Assembly: GCA_028284545.1 (NCBI GenBank)
Contig: JANQRN010000104.1
Span: 1 to 48,401 of the forward strand
Direction: 5' to 3'
Length of the DNA stretch: 48,401 bases
Source: Rhodothermales bacterium
GTDB taxonomy: Bacteria; Bacteroidota; Rhodothermia; Rhodothermales; JABDKH01
Positions 10,401-19,126 of this stretch are shown in pieces (position 1 is the stretch's first letter; every line of letters starts with the position of its first letter). Below the pieces are notes generated by a model that saw only the letters and a program-made list of their open reading frames with translations, made no database searches and was not told the DNA's origin. A program made the position numbers and the translations under genes.

Positions 10401-10544
10401 GTGCTCAGTCTTGAAGACCGAAAAGTCGAAGTCGTCGTACTGAACCTTGTTGCGGCCGAAGTACTGGGCGTCCACGGGGACCGCCACGGCCAGGATGAGC
10501 AGGCCGGTAAGCCATCCGGCGAAGCGAACCGATTTTTTCGACAT
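7464..10544 (-). CDS. Large secreted protein (paralog 1). It has a Peptidase_MA_2-like zinc-peptidase domain, a TolB-like PD40 beta-propeller and a C-terminal beta-barrel, and is probably an outer-membrane protein.
   Basis: The signal peptide reads MSKKSVRFAGWLTGLLILAVAVPVDAQ, so the start was refined to 10544. The HExxH motif is HELVHSYQYD, with a downstream EGTAEY. There are at least five PD40 repeats (SPDGKWVAF, SWSPDGRQFVF, WSPDGKSIAF, WSPDSKTIAF, YSPDGQSVFF). The C-terminal roughly 450 aa shows an amphipathic beta-strand pattern and ends in an aromatic residue (...QLVPGW). It is paralogous to the gene at 33372..36341. Confidence 0.7.
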   Translation of the reverse strand: MSKKSVRFAGWLTGLLILAVAVPVDAQYFGRNKVQYDDFDFSVFKTEHFEIYFYGEAQVAVEDAARMAERWYERHSQTYLREFRKRKPIILYANDADFQQTNAISGSLGQGTGGVTESLKERVIMPLTGLYSETDHVLGHELVHSYQYDIGLSKEDSVQFAFQLLPLWLIEGTAEYLSVGRNDAHTAMWLRDAALRDDLPTIDDLSNGYKYFPYRYGQAYMAYVGGKYGDAAVANIFKLGGRVGLDSAFVYTLGIKPDSLSQEWISSVKEAYLPLTEGRTPADSAGRMLVSEETSGSMNISPSVSPDGKWVAFLSEKNLFQVNLFIADAETGKVVKSLKGTRSNPHFDAIRFISSAGSWSPDGRQFVFVTFVQGDNELAILDWNSGRVERRIAVEGVTAMSNPAWSPDGKSIAFSGIDGGISDIYVFDVESGDVKQLTDDKFGDLHPSWSPDSKTIAFASDRGPYGTDFETLDYAKLRLSFINVETGELDTIVPFDDALHINPQYSPDGQSVFFVSDQDGFKDVYRYALDEDLVYRVTDVQTGISGITATSPALTVAGQSGRMMYSVFSNNKYTIFSREASETVGTLVEVQDREFAASARALPPAYASNAGLVASYLDDPLSGLPDPEDYDIKDYGARLKLDYVAPPSVGVSAGGPFGTGVSGGIGLFFSDMLGNHNLTVVAQANGTFKDIGGQVSYLNQKNRLNWGGQIAHIPYLILSSSYSLSPDGNSYQIEQFRRRIFIDQLSGLASYPLSTTRRFELSGGFVRYGFDYEIERYTQDFLTFTRDVEQVPAPDPIYFANSSLSYIGDYSFFGFTSPIQGGRYRVEVSPFIGSESFLRVVGDYRKYHFAKPFTFAIRGLHVGNYFAQEDNSDDTGVFTQEYLGYGNSLSFIRGYSYASLEPAECTLRLPNSGACSLNNLFGTRIALASAEIRFPLFGSEQLGLINFPYLPTELSLFADAGLAWTKDEAPVLEFKREPTARSPMVSVGASSRFNLFGYMVMEIFYAYPFQRPDKGAHFGLQLVPGW

Positions 10545-10957
10545 GCCTCGGGCGTTTAAGTGACAGAGCTTGATTAGCAACTTGTTGAGCGCATTCACCT
10601 CGATCCCGGGCCGATATCGACAGATCGATGCTGGCGAACGTATTGATAATGGATGCCCGCGCAAGAAGCAAACCAACGTAAGTACCGGTTTAAACCGCCT
10701 TTGTGCCCCGAAAATGTCGATAGTCGCTGAACGGTTTGATTAGCGATGTGAACGGTCACGAGAGACCTCTTGACGGCAATTCAGGGGCGCTCGATTTGCC
10801 CCGAACCGTAGCATGGATGGGCGCACAAACGACGGCGGTTCGACCACCAAGTGTCTAGCGAAGGTCTGCTGCTGTATCGAATACCGGATCGTCTGAGGGA
10901 CGGGCCGCCCGCGAACCAACGCACCCAACCTGCATATACTAACGTCACTATTCGGAA

Positions 10958-12796
10958 TTGTGGCCGCCCCACCGAGCCGTGTTCGAGCACAAATTTCGCT
11001 TTCGCGTCTTCGCCGCGCTGATCGGGACGGTCATCAGCGTCCTCGCCCTGCGCCTCGTCTGGCTCCAGATCGTCGATTCCCGGGCGTATTCGGGCGAGTC
11101 GCGGAGCAACGCACTCCGTGAAGTCCGCGCCCTGCCGGCACGAGGGGTGATCTACGACCGCAACGGCGTCCTGATGGTCGACAATCAGCTCCGGTACTCG
11201 GTGAACATCACCGCCCGGTATTTTGATCGGGAGCGCATCCCGCTCCTGGCCTCTCTGATCGGCGTTCCAGACTCCACCGTAGTCGAGAGGCTTGACCGTG
11301 CCCGTAACTGGAACTCCTTCCGCCCAAGCATTGCTTTCACGGATCTATCGCTGGAGACGGTCAGTCGACTCGAAGAGAACCGATATCAGCTCCCGGGGGT
11401 CGGCTACGAGATTTCGCAGCGACGACGATATCTGACGGAGGCCAACGCCTGGCATGCCCTCGGATACGTCCGCGAGATTACGGGTCGTGAACTTGATACC
11501 ATGCGGCAGAAGGGTTACCGCCAGGGAGATCTGATCGGCAAGGCGGGGCTTGAGCGGACCTATGAGGAGAACCTGCGCGGCGAATTGGGTGCCGAGTTCA
11601 AGCTCGTCAACAAGCTGGGCCGCGAGTTCAAGTCATTCCGGGATGGAGGAGCAGATGTCGACCCGGTCAGCGGCTACGACTTGCACCTGACGCTTGATCA
11701 TCGCGTCCAGGCGCTCGCGGAGTCGTTGTTTGTCAACAAACGCGGCGCGGCCATCGCTCTGGACCCGGCTGACGGGGGCATTATTGCTTTAGTCAGTGAA
11801 CCCTCCGTCGACCCGCGTCTGTTCTCTGGCAGCGTTCCGGGTTCGACGTGGGTGGCGATACAGACTGCGGTCGAAAAGCCCCTGTTTAATCGCGCCACCA
11901 TGTCGGGGATGCCACCCGGCTCAACGTGGAAACCGTTTATGTCTCTCGTTGGGTTGCAGAAGGGCATCATAACGGCGAACTCCCGGCATCAGTGTCGCGG
12001 GCGCTACGTCTTGGGCAACCGCGCCTTTCGCGACTTCAACGACACGGTGCACGGCAGCATCGATGTCGCCGACGCAATCATGCATTCCTGCAACTCATTC
12101 TTCTTCGATCTGATGATGAAGATGGATGTCGATGACTTCAAGTACTGGGCGACCGAATTTGGCTTTGGTCAGAAACTTCCGGTCGACATCGGTGAGCAGC
12201 AGCCGGGACTCATCCCTGACTCGTCCTACTACAATCGCACGTATCCAGGCGGCTGGACCGCCGGATATACCATCAACCTTGGCATCGGTCAGGGGAACAT
12301 GACCGTGACGCCGATTCAGCTTGCGCGGTATGCCGCGGCGATAGCAAACGACGGATGGCTACATCCGCCCCACATGGTTGATCGGATTGTGCATCCCGAA
12401 ACCGGAGAGGAGGCCGAGATTCAACGCGATCCCTCCAAACGCGTGCCGATCGATCCGAGACACTTTCAGACGGTACGGGAGGGAATGCGCCGCGTGGTTG
12501 ATTTCACTTCCGGTCGCGGTGCAAAACTCGGAGGCGTGACCTCGGGCGGAAAGACGGGTACCGCGCAGGCGCCCGGCGATGCCCAGGACCATTCGCTCTT
12601 CATCATGTTTGCGCCGGTGGATGATCCGAAGATCGCCATTGCGGTCCTTGTGGAGAACGGTGGCTTTGGCGGAACGCAGGCTGCGCCCATCGCAGGGCTG
12701 ATTGCCGAGCAGTACCTGAACGGTGAACTGTCTGACTGGAGCAAGCAGCGCGTCAACTACGTCATGACGCTCGAGAGCGAGACCCAGGAGGACTGA
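10958..12796 (+). CDS. mrdA: Penicillin-binding protein 2 (elongasome transpeptidase)
   Basis: An N-terminal transmembrane anchor is followed by the transpeptidase motifs SxxK (PGSTWKPF), SxN (HSCNSFF) and KTG (GGKTGTAQ). The gene lies immediately upstream of a SEDS-family gene. The annotated start is a non-ATG codon. Confidence 0.9.
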   Translation: MWPPHRAVFEHKFRFRVFAALIGTVISVLALRLVWLQIVDSRAYSGESRSNALREVRALPARGVIYDRNGVLMVDNQLRYSVNITARYFDRERIPLLASLIGVPDSTVVERLDRARNWNSFRPSIAFTDLSLETVSRLEENRYQLPGVGYEISQRRRYLTEANAWHALGYVREITGRELDTMRQKGYRQGDLIGKAGLERTYEENLRGELGAEFKLVNKLGREFKSFRDGGADVDPVSGYDLHLTLDHRVQALAESLFVNKRGAAIALDPADGGIIALVSEPSVDPRLFSGSVPGSTWVAIQTAVEKPLFNRATMSGMPPGSTWKPFMSLVGLQKGIITANSRHQCRGRYVLGNRAFRDFNDTVHGSIDVADAIMHSCNSFFFDLMMKMDVDDFKYWATEFGFGQKLPVDIGEQQPGLIPDSSYYNRTYPGGWTAGYTINLGIGQGNMTVTPIQLARYAAAIANDGWLHPPHMVDRIVHPETGEEAEIQRDPSKRVPIDPRHFQTVREGMRRVVDFTSGRGAKLGGVTSGGKTGTAQAPGDAQDHSLFIMFAPVDDPKIAIAVLVENGGFGGTQAAPIAGLIAEQYLNGELSDWSKQRVNYVMTLESETQED

Positions 12797-12798
12797 TC

Positions 12799-14058
12799 GT
12801 GCGGGTGTGGTACCGAAATCTCGACGTGACCATTATCGCCGCCTGGCTCGCGCTGGTTGTTGTTGGTCTCATCGCGATATACTCGACGACGCACGGACCC
12901 AAGGCGGAATTCCTGCTGGATTCGGTCCGGCAGAACTACGATCGACAACTGCTTTGGGTGGGTATCTCCGCTGTCGCCGCGACGATTGTCCTGCTGCTTC
13001 CCGTAAGGTTCTATCAGAATGTTGCGTTTCCGGCATATGTCCTGTGCTTGCTGCTGCTGATAGCGGCGCTCCTGTTTGGCGCAGAAATAAACGGAGCCAA
13101 ATCGTGGCTGCGATTTGGTGGGATCGGCATCCAGGTTTCCGAGCTGGCCAAGGTCGGCACCGTGCTCGCCGTGGCGCAGCTACTCGCCTCGCGACGGGCT
13201 CAGAAGTCTCCGATCAGATACGGCTTTCTTACCGTAGTCCTGATCATGATTCCTGCATCTATCATCATCGCGCAGAACGATACGGGGACCGCGTTGGTAT
13301 TCATCGCGTTGATCCCCATCATGCTTTTCTGGAGCGGGTTTCCGTTTTCTACCGTCGTGCTCATCGTTTCGCCGGCGGTCGCCGGCTATCTGGCACTGGT
13401 CTATCAACCCGCCGCGTACGTGTTCGCCATTATCGTTGCGGGCGGTCTACTGTTTCAGACCCGCGAGCGATATGTGGCCGTGCTTGCACTCCTGGTAACG
13501 GCCGGTACTGCCGCGATCACATCACTTGTCCTGCCGCGCGTCCTGAGCTCGTATCAGATCGACCGGATCACGTCGTTTACAAATCCCGAAGCAGAAGAAT
13601 TTCGGTATACGGTTGGGTTCCACCTCGTCCAGTCAAAAGCGGCGATCGGCTCGGGCGGGCTTACCGGCAAGGGTTTCATGCAGGGCACGCAAACCCAGGG
13701 CGACTACATTCCAGAGCAGTCGACGGACTTCGTGTTCTCGGTCATCGGTGAAGAATTCGGATTCATTGGGGCCATGGTTGTTCTCGCCATCTTCGCCTAC
13801 CTGCTGATCAGACTCGCTGCCGCCGGCGTCCAGATGAAGCACCCATTTGGCGTGATGGCGGCGACTGGAGTGGCGGGCATCATCCTCGTGCATCTGTTCG
13901 TTAACGTCGGGATGGCCACGGGAATACTGCCGGTGATCGGTATCCCACTTCCGTTCCTCTCATACGGTGGTTCGGCACTTCTCGCAAATACCATCATGAT
14001 CGCCATCGTGCTCAACCTCTACATGCGCCGCGACGATCTGTCGATTTACGGATACTGA
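12799..14058 (+). CDS. rodA: SEDS-family peptidoglycan glycosyltransferase RodA
   Basis: The protein is a polytopic membrane protein with FtsW/RodA conserved blocks (SELAKV, GVAGIILVHLFVNVGMATGILPVIGIPLPFLSYGGSAL). It sits 3 bp downstream of mrdA and has a GTG start. Confidence 0.85.
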   Translation: MRVWYRNLDVTIIAAWLALVVVGLIAIYSTTHGPKAEFLLDSVRQNYDRQLLWVGISAVAATIVLLLPVRFYQNVAFPAYVLCLLLLIAALLFGAEINGAKSWLRFGGIGIQVSELAKVGTVLAVAQLLASRRAQKSPIRYGFLTVVLIMIPASIIIAQNDTGTALVFIALIPIMLFWSGFPFSTVVLIVSPAVAGYLALVYQPAAYVFAIIVAGGLLFQTRERYVAVLALLVTAGTAAITSLVLPRVLSSYQIDRITSFTNPEAEEFRYTVGFHLVQSKAAIGSGGLTGKGFMQGTQTQGDYIPEQSTDFVFSVIGEEFGFIGAMVVLAIFAYLLIRLAAAGVQMKHPFGVMAATGVAGIILVHLFVNVGMATGILPVIGIPLPFLSYGGSALLANTIMIAIVLNLYMRRDDLSIYGY

Positions 14059-14111
14059 GGTATCTTCGAGCGCTGAAGTCTTCCCGAACCTCTGCCGCTC
14101 TCGCAAAGTCA

Positions 14112-15824
14112 GTGGCACACGAAATGAAAGAGTACCTTCGCGACCTGATAGGCCGCGCCCTCGAGTCCGTTGCCAACGCTGAAACGGAGATACCGGCGGA
14201 CTTTGAGATCGAGTTTGAACAGCCGAACAACCCGGAGCACGGTGACCTGTCAACGAACGTCGCCATGAAACTTGCCCGGGTCTTCAAGAGAGCCCCACGC
14301 GAAATTGCTTCAGATATCGTGACCACGATGCGGGAGCAGCTTTCCGACGGAAGTGGTGTGGCAGACATCGAGATCGCTGGTGCCGGTTTTATCAACTTCA
14401 GGTTCTCCGACAACGTCCAGCACCAAGCCCTGGCGACAATCCTTGCGGCCGCTGAATCCTTCGGGCGTACCGCCCAGGGAGAGGGGCAGCGGGCGCTGGT
14501 GGAGTTTGTCAGTGCGAACCCGACTGGTCCGCTCACTGTCGGGCATGGGCGCAACGCTGTGTTGGGAGATACCATTGCCAATCTGTTCAACTGGTGCGGC
14601 TACGAAGTGACGCGCGAATACTACTTCAACGACGCCGGCAGGCAGATGCGCGTTCTGGGCGAGTCGGTCCGCGCCCGCTATCTAGCGCTTGCTGACCCCG
14701 CGGTCGGCACCAAGAGTATCGAGGGCGGAACGGGTCGCGTTACCGTTCCGGAACCGTTTCCCGAGGATGGGTACCTCGGCGACTATATAGAGGACATCGC
14801 CCGTGACCTCTTCGATCGGGAGGGTAACGCACTCGTCGAGGAAGACTACGAGCCCTTCAAGGAGGCGGCGAAGACGACGATCTTCGCTGACATCGAGGCG
14901 ACGCTCGGCCGCCTGAGCGTAGAAATGGATGAGCACTTCAACGAGCGGTCGCTTTACGACTCAGGGCTCGTCTGGGAGACGGTGGACGCCCTCCGCGACC
15001 TCGGAATGGTTTACGACAAAGACGGAGCCGTCTGGTTCAAGACTTCTGAACTGGGAAAAGACGCTGACACCGTTCTAGTTAAGAGTACCGGTGAGCCAAC
15101 CTACCGGTTACCAGACATCGCCTATCATGTCGACAAGCTCAAGCGTGGCTTCGACCTTGCAGTTGACGTCTTCGGGGCCGACCATATCGCGACTTACCCA
15201 GACGTGCTCGCAGGAGTCAAGCTACTTGGGTACGACCCCGACAAGATCGACGTGGTCATCTATCAGTTCGTTACGCTCATAAGGGGTGGCGAGCCCGTGA
15301 AGATGAGCACGCGCAAGGCAACCTATGTTACGCTCGACGAACTCATGGACGAGGTAGGGGAGGACGTGACAAGATTCTTCTTCCTGATGCGCTCGCCGAA
15401 CACGCATCTGGAGTTCGACCTCGATCTTGCCCGAGAGGCGAGCGAAAAGAACCCGGTGTTTTACCTCCAGTACGCGCACGCCCGCATTTGCTCCATTCTT
15501 CGGAAGGCCGCTGAGGTAGGTTTTCAGTTCAGCGATACAACGGATCTCTCACTTCTGCAGCACGAAACCGAACTCGCCCTGGCGAAAGAGCTTTCGCGAC
15601 TACCCGATGTCGTTCAGGCCGCGGCCGATCAGCGTGAGCCGCATCGTGTCGCAACGTACCTGCGGGAGGTCGCGGTAGCCTTTAATCAGTTCTATCAGCA
15701 CTGCCGGATAATCGGCGAAGAGGCTTCGATCGCAACGGCCCGCATGGCGGCGGCAACCGCGACGCGGACAGTCCTGGCGAACGGACTACGCGTGCTTGGG
15801 ATCACTGCCCCCGAGCGGATGTAG
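14112..15824 (+). CDS. argS: Arginine--tRNA ligase
   Basis: The class I HIGH region reads ANPTGPLTVGHGRNAVLGD. The motif FNDAGRQM is present, and there is a C-terminal DALR anticodon-binding region. The 570-aa length fits. Confidence 0.9.
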   Translation: MAHEMKEYLRDLIGRALESVANAETEIPADFEIEFEQPNNPEHGDLSTNVAMKLARVFKRAPREIASDIVTTMREQLSDGSGVADIEIAGAGFINFRFSDNVQHQALATILAAAESFGRTAQGEGQRALVEFVSANPTGPLTVGHGRNAVLGDTIANLFNWCGYEVTREYYFNDAGRQMRVLGESVRARYLALADPAVGTKSIEGGTGRVTVPEPFPEDGYLGDYIEDIARDLFDREGNALVEEDYEPFKEAAKTTIFADIEATLGRLSVEMDEHFNERSLYDSGLVWETVDALRDLGMVYDKDGAVWFKTSELGKDADTVLVKSTGEPTYRLPDIAYHVDKLKRGFDLAVDVFGADHIATYPDVLAGVKLLGYDPDKIDVVIYQFVTLIRGGEPVKMSTRKATYVTLDELMDEVGEDVTRFFFLMRSPNTHLEFDLDLAREASEKNPVFYLQYAHARICSILRKAAEVGFQFSDTTDLSLLQHETELALAKELSRLPDVVQAAADQREPHRVATYLREVAVAFNQFYQHCRIIGEEASIATARMAAATATRTVLANGLRVLGITAPERM

Positions 15825-15832
15825 TTGGACCA

Positions 15833-16705
15833 ATGAAAATTGCCGCATTCCAGGGAGAGACAGGTGCCTTTTCAGAGGAGGCGGTCGGCGCGCTGCTGCC
15901 GAGCTTCAGGCCAACCGCATATCCGTCATTTGAGTTAGTGTTTAGCGCGCTCATGGAGGGCGACGTCGACGCGGCAGTCATTCCAATCGAGAACTCCCTC
16001 TTCGGCAGCGTCCACGTGAACTACGACCTGCTGCTCGAACACGAGGTGGAAATCGTGGCGGAAGTCTACCTGCGCATTCGACACAACCTCCTTGTCAATC
16101 CGGGTGGCGAGATGTCGGACATACGAACGGTAGTCTCGCACCCGCAGGCGCTCGGACAGTGCAAGACGTTTCTCCGTGATCAGCTGCCGCATGCCGAGCA
16201 GGTTGCGGTCTACGATACCGCGGGAGCCGCCAAACAGCTGGCGCGGGACCGTTCGCGGGACGTGGCCGCCATCGCAAGCCTGAAGTCTGCAGACGTGTAC
16301 AACCTGGATGTCTTGGCTGAGTGCATCGAGAGCAACCACCAGAACTATACACGCTTCCTGGCGCTGTCGCGCGGCGAGGGGCGGGTGGGACAGCGAGGGC
16401 GCGCTGCAAAGACGTCAATTGTCTATGCGCTCGGCCACACAGTGGCAGGTTCGCTGTTCAAAGCGCTGGCGTTGTTCGCTGACAGGGATGTTGATTTGTT
16501 GAAGATCGAGAGCCGACCATTAATTGGTCATCCCGGTAGTTACCTGTTTTATCTGGACCTGGATGGTCACGACACCGACGAAGGGGTTGCCGCCGCGCTA
16601 TTGGATCTGGCAGAAATGGCCGATTTTGTTCGGGTACTTGGTTCGTATCCACGTGGATTCTGGGTCGATGGCTCTCGTATAGACGACGCACCGACAGTGG
16701 CGTAG
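15833..16705 (+). CDS. pheA: Prephenate dehydratase with a C-terminal ACT domain
   Basis: The PDT domain carries the ESRPL signature (KIESRPLIGHPGSYLFYLD), and a regulatory ACT region follows. Confidence 0.85.
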   Translation: MKIAAFQGETGAFSEEAVGALLPSFRPTAYPSFELVFSALMEGDVDAAVIPIENSLFGSVHVNYDLLLEHEVEIVAEVYLRIRHNLLVNPGGEMSDIRTVVSHPQALGQCKTFLRDQLPHAEQVAVYDTAGAAKQLARDRSRDVAAIASLKSADVYNLDVLAECIESNHQNYTRFLALSRGEGRVGQRGRAAKTSIVYALGHTVAGSLFKALALFADRDVDLLKIESRPLIGHPGSYLFYLDLDGHDTDEGVAAALLDLAEMADFVRVLGSYPRGFWVDGSRIDDAPTVA

Positions 16706-16769
16706 CACGGCACGAGCCTTGCTCGACCAGGTCATCCCACCGCACGTTGCCCACACACCGCGATCATAA

Positions 16770-17657
16770 ATGTCACTAGCCTACAGCATTAAGGAAGGCT
16801 TCCTCGGATTCCGGCGCGCAAAGTTTGCATCCGTTGCATCAACGAGCGCCATGGCCGTAGCGCTGATCCTGATTGGCCTTTTCATGATGGTGAGCACCAA
16901 GGCGCAGGAGGTCTCAGACGCGTTGCAGGCACGCGTCGGAGAAATGGAGATCTTTCTTTCTGACAATGCAGACGACGAGCTTGGAAACGCGCTACATCAG
17001 CGCGCGCTGCTAACTGACGGTGTAGAATCGGCCGAATACGTTTCCCGAGAAGAGGCCATGCGTGTCTTCGAGCGGGATTTTGGTGACGGCAGCCGAGATT
17101 TCTTTGACGAACCGTTCCTACCGCCCTCGATTCGGGTTCGCGTAGCGTCAGCCTACTCCAACACCGACAGCCTCGAGAGCCTGAAGGGCACCTTCATAAA
17201 CTGGGCGCAGGTTGACGATGCGGTCTACAACAAGTCGCTGCTAGCGCAGGTCCAGCGGAACCTGCGGGCCATAACATCCATGGGTCTGCTGCTGGGATCC
17301 CTCGTCGTGCTGGCGTCCATATTCCTGGTTGCGAATACCGTTCGGCTGACGATCTACGCGCGGCGCCTGTTGATACGCACGATGAAGCTGGTCGGAGCGA
17401 CTGACTCGTTCGTCCAGCGTCCGTTCGTTGTTGAGGGCATCCTTCAGGGCTTGATCGCTGCGTTGGTTGCGCTGGGTGTTGTGGCGCTGGTCCAGCGAAT
17501 GATCTCACGCTGGCTGGAAGGCTTCGGCGTCGTGTCGTACTCGGGAAGTGAGCTGTTCACGTTGATCGTCGCCATGCTCATCCTCGGGGCGGCACTCGGA
17601 TGGCTGGGTTCGTTCCTGGCTGCGAGGCGCTTCATAAAGAAGGTGGCGCTGCACTAG
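16770..17657 (+). CDS. ftsX: Cell-division ABC-transporter-like permease FtsX
   Basis: The FtsX N-terminus reads SIKEGFLGFRRAKFASVAS, with one transmembrane helix. A periplasmic domain follows, then three C-terminal transmembrane helices. No ftsE gene lies upstream; pheA is upstream instead. Confidence 0.8.
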   Translation: MSLAYSIKEGFLGFRRAKFASVASTSAMAVALILIGLFMMVSTKAQEVSDALQARVGEMEIFLSDNADDELGNALHQRALLTDGVESAEYVSREEAMRVFERDFGDGSRDFFDEPFLPPSIRVRVASAYSNTDSLESLKGTFINWAQVDDAVYNKSLLAQVQRNLRAITSMGLLLGSLVVLASIFLVANTVRLTIYARRLLIRTMKLVGATDSFVQRPFVVEGILQGLIAALVALGVVALVQRMISRWLEGFGVVSYSGSELFTLIVAMLILGAALGWLGSFLAARRFIKKVALH

Positions 17658-17728
17658 GTTGATATTTCGGCGGTTCGGGGGTACTTTCAGGATCCTCTTA
17701 GCTAAAAAGGGGAACCCACCACACGCCG

Positions 17729-19120
17729 ATGGCGCACGTATTCTCCGGTACCCTGGCCGGGATGGCTTTTGTTCTGGCGTTTGTCCTGAACAGCGGATTC
17801 CTTTTTCTGACTGCGGCCTTGCTCGCAGTCATGGCTGGCGTGACTCAACTCTTTTTCTGGCGAAAGCGGAGCGAATCGGTCCGCCCCACGTACTCGGCTA
17901 TCGAGCCGCGAGATGAGCTGTCTGATCTCGGAATCCTCGAAATTCGCCCCAAACAGAAGGTCAACCCGGTGCCTGGATCGGGTTCTGGCGTACTGACCGA
18001 AGCCCGGCCTAAGTCGAAGCCGGCGAGCAAAGCCGCTGACGAATCGGCGACGAAGACCAGCTCCGAGACAACGCGCGAAGCCCCGGCCGCACCAATGGAA
18101 GTTGCGCCCGCGACCAGCGAACCGACAACGCACGAGGCCCCCGGTTCTTCCGGCGACGGCGCGCTGGTCGCCGGTCCAGACGAAATACCCTTGACCATCA
18201 GAGCGGTCGACGATCAGGAGTATTCGGTTCGCTTTGCCAACCCGGTGTTGGATTCGCGAGTAATTCTTCCATGCCTCGAGGCGCTTGCCGCAGCGACTGG
18301 TTCGCAGACCGCGTGCATCATCGAGCGAATCGACAATTCGCTTCGGCATCGCGTCCTTGCCGTCGCCAGTCGGAGCGACTACGCCCGATCCGGCGGGAAG
18401 TACACCGCGATGGTTCCATACGTTGGCCGGAGCGCAAGACCGGGAAGCGTGAACGTGCGCAACTACGAAGTCGATCTAGACTCCAGCCTCCTGCGCTACT
18501 ACAGCGAGCATACATCGATCAAGAGCCTCGCCGCCGTGCCGCTTGCACGGAACGCTGTCAATGCCCATCTCTTGATTTGTGACTCGCGAAGGGTGGACGC
18601 GTTCTCGTCGAAGGACATAAAGGCGATAATAACGCAGTTCGCACGTACCATAGATCACGTATTGGCGCCTCCGGCAGGCGACGAAAACGAAGTCATGGCT
18701 GCCGGCGTGCAGGCGATCGCCGAGGAGATGGAGCGCGCCCGCACGGACAATGCTCCGCTGGCGCTGGCGCTCGTGCACTTGAACCAGAGTGGCGTCGATG
18801 GTCACGTGGCCTCCGGATACATGTCGGTTGAGAATCGTCTGCTTGAGCAGCTGCGCGACTCCGACGCAGCCATCCGGATCGAGCGTCTCAGCACTTACAC
18901 CTACGGGGTCTTCTACCCGGGTACGATCAACGAGGTCGAGGACTGGGCCGTCACGTTCGAGTCGCAGGTCGAGAGCGATCCTGTGATCGGTCACGCCGGC
19001 GTCTCGATTGGCGTGTGCATGCTTGCAGATAGACATGAAACGGCTGACGAGTTTCGCATTGACGCCATGGCTGCGCTCGAGGAGGCGTTTGAATGCGGAG
19101 CCTGCACCATTCTTGAGTAG
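17729..19120 (+). CDS. Membrane-anchored protein with a disordered linker, a GAF-like region and a degenerate GGDEF-like C-terminal domain
   Basis: Two N-terminal transmembrane helices are followed by a Ser/Thr/Pro/Ala/Glu-rich region of about 120 aa. The C-terminus has the layout of a GGDEF domain (LALALVHLNQSGVDGHVASGYMSVEN...DAAIRIERLSTYTYGVFYP...IGHAGVSIGVCM), but the catalytic GG[DE]EF motif is replaced by TYTYGVFY. This suggests a non-catalytic domain. Confidence 0.5.
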   Translation: MAHVFSGTLAGMAFVLAFVLNSGFLFLTAALLAVMAGVTQLFFWRKRSESVRPTYSAIEPRDELSDLGILEIRPKQKVNPVPGSGSGVLTEARPKSKPASKAADESATKTSSETTREAPAAPMEVAPATSEPTTHEAPGSSGDGALVAGPDEIPLTIRAVDDQEYSVRFANPVLDSRVILPCLEALAAATGSQTACIIERIDNSLRHRVLAVASRSDYARSGGKYTAMVPYVGRSARPGSVNVRNYEVDLDSSLLRYYSEHTSIKSLAAVPLARNAVNAHLLICDSRRVDAFSSKDIKAIITQFARTIDHVLAPPAGDENEVMAAGVQAIAEEMERARTDNAPLALALVHLNQSGVDGHVASGYMSVENRLLEQLRDSDAAIRIERLSTYTYGVFYPGTINEVEDWAVTFESQVESDPVIGHAGVSIGVCMLADRHETADEFRIDAMAALEEAFECGACTILE

Positions 19121-19126
19121 GCCTCG

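Noticed and set aside
10677-10957. A possible small RNA or riboswitch in the 280-bp divergent intergenic region between the peptidase/PD40 gene and mrdA
   Set aside because: Only a short repeated GCCCCGAA motif was seen. There is no convincing conserved structure or terminator, so it is most simply a pair of divergent promoters.
12807-13751. A 314-aa ORF in an alternate plus-strand frame inside rodA
   Set aside because: It lies entirely within the conserved SEDS gene. Its Arg/His/Cys-rich composition is an artifact of high GC.
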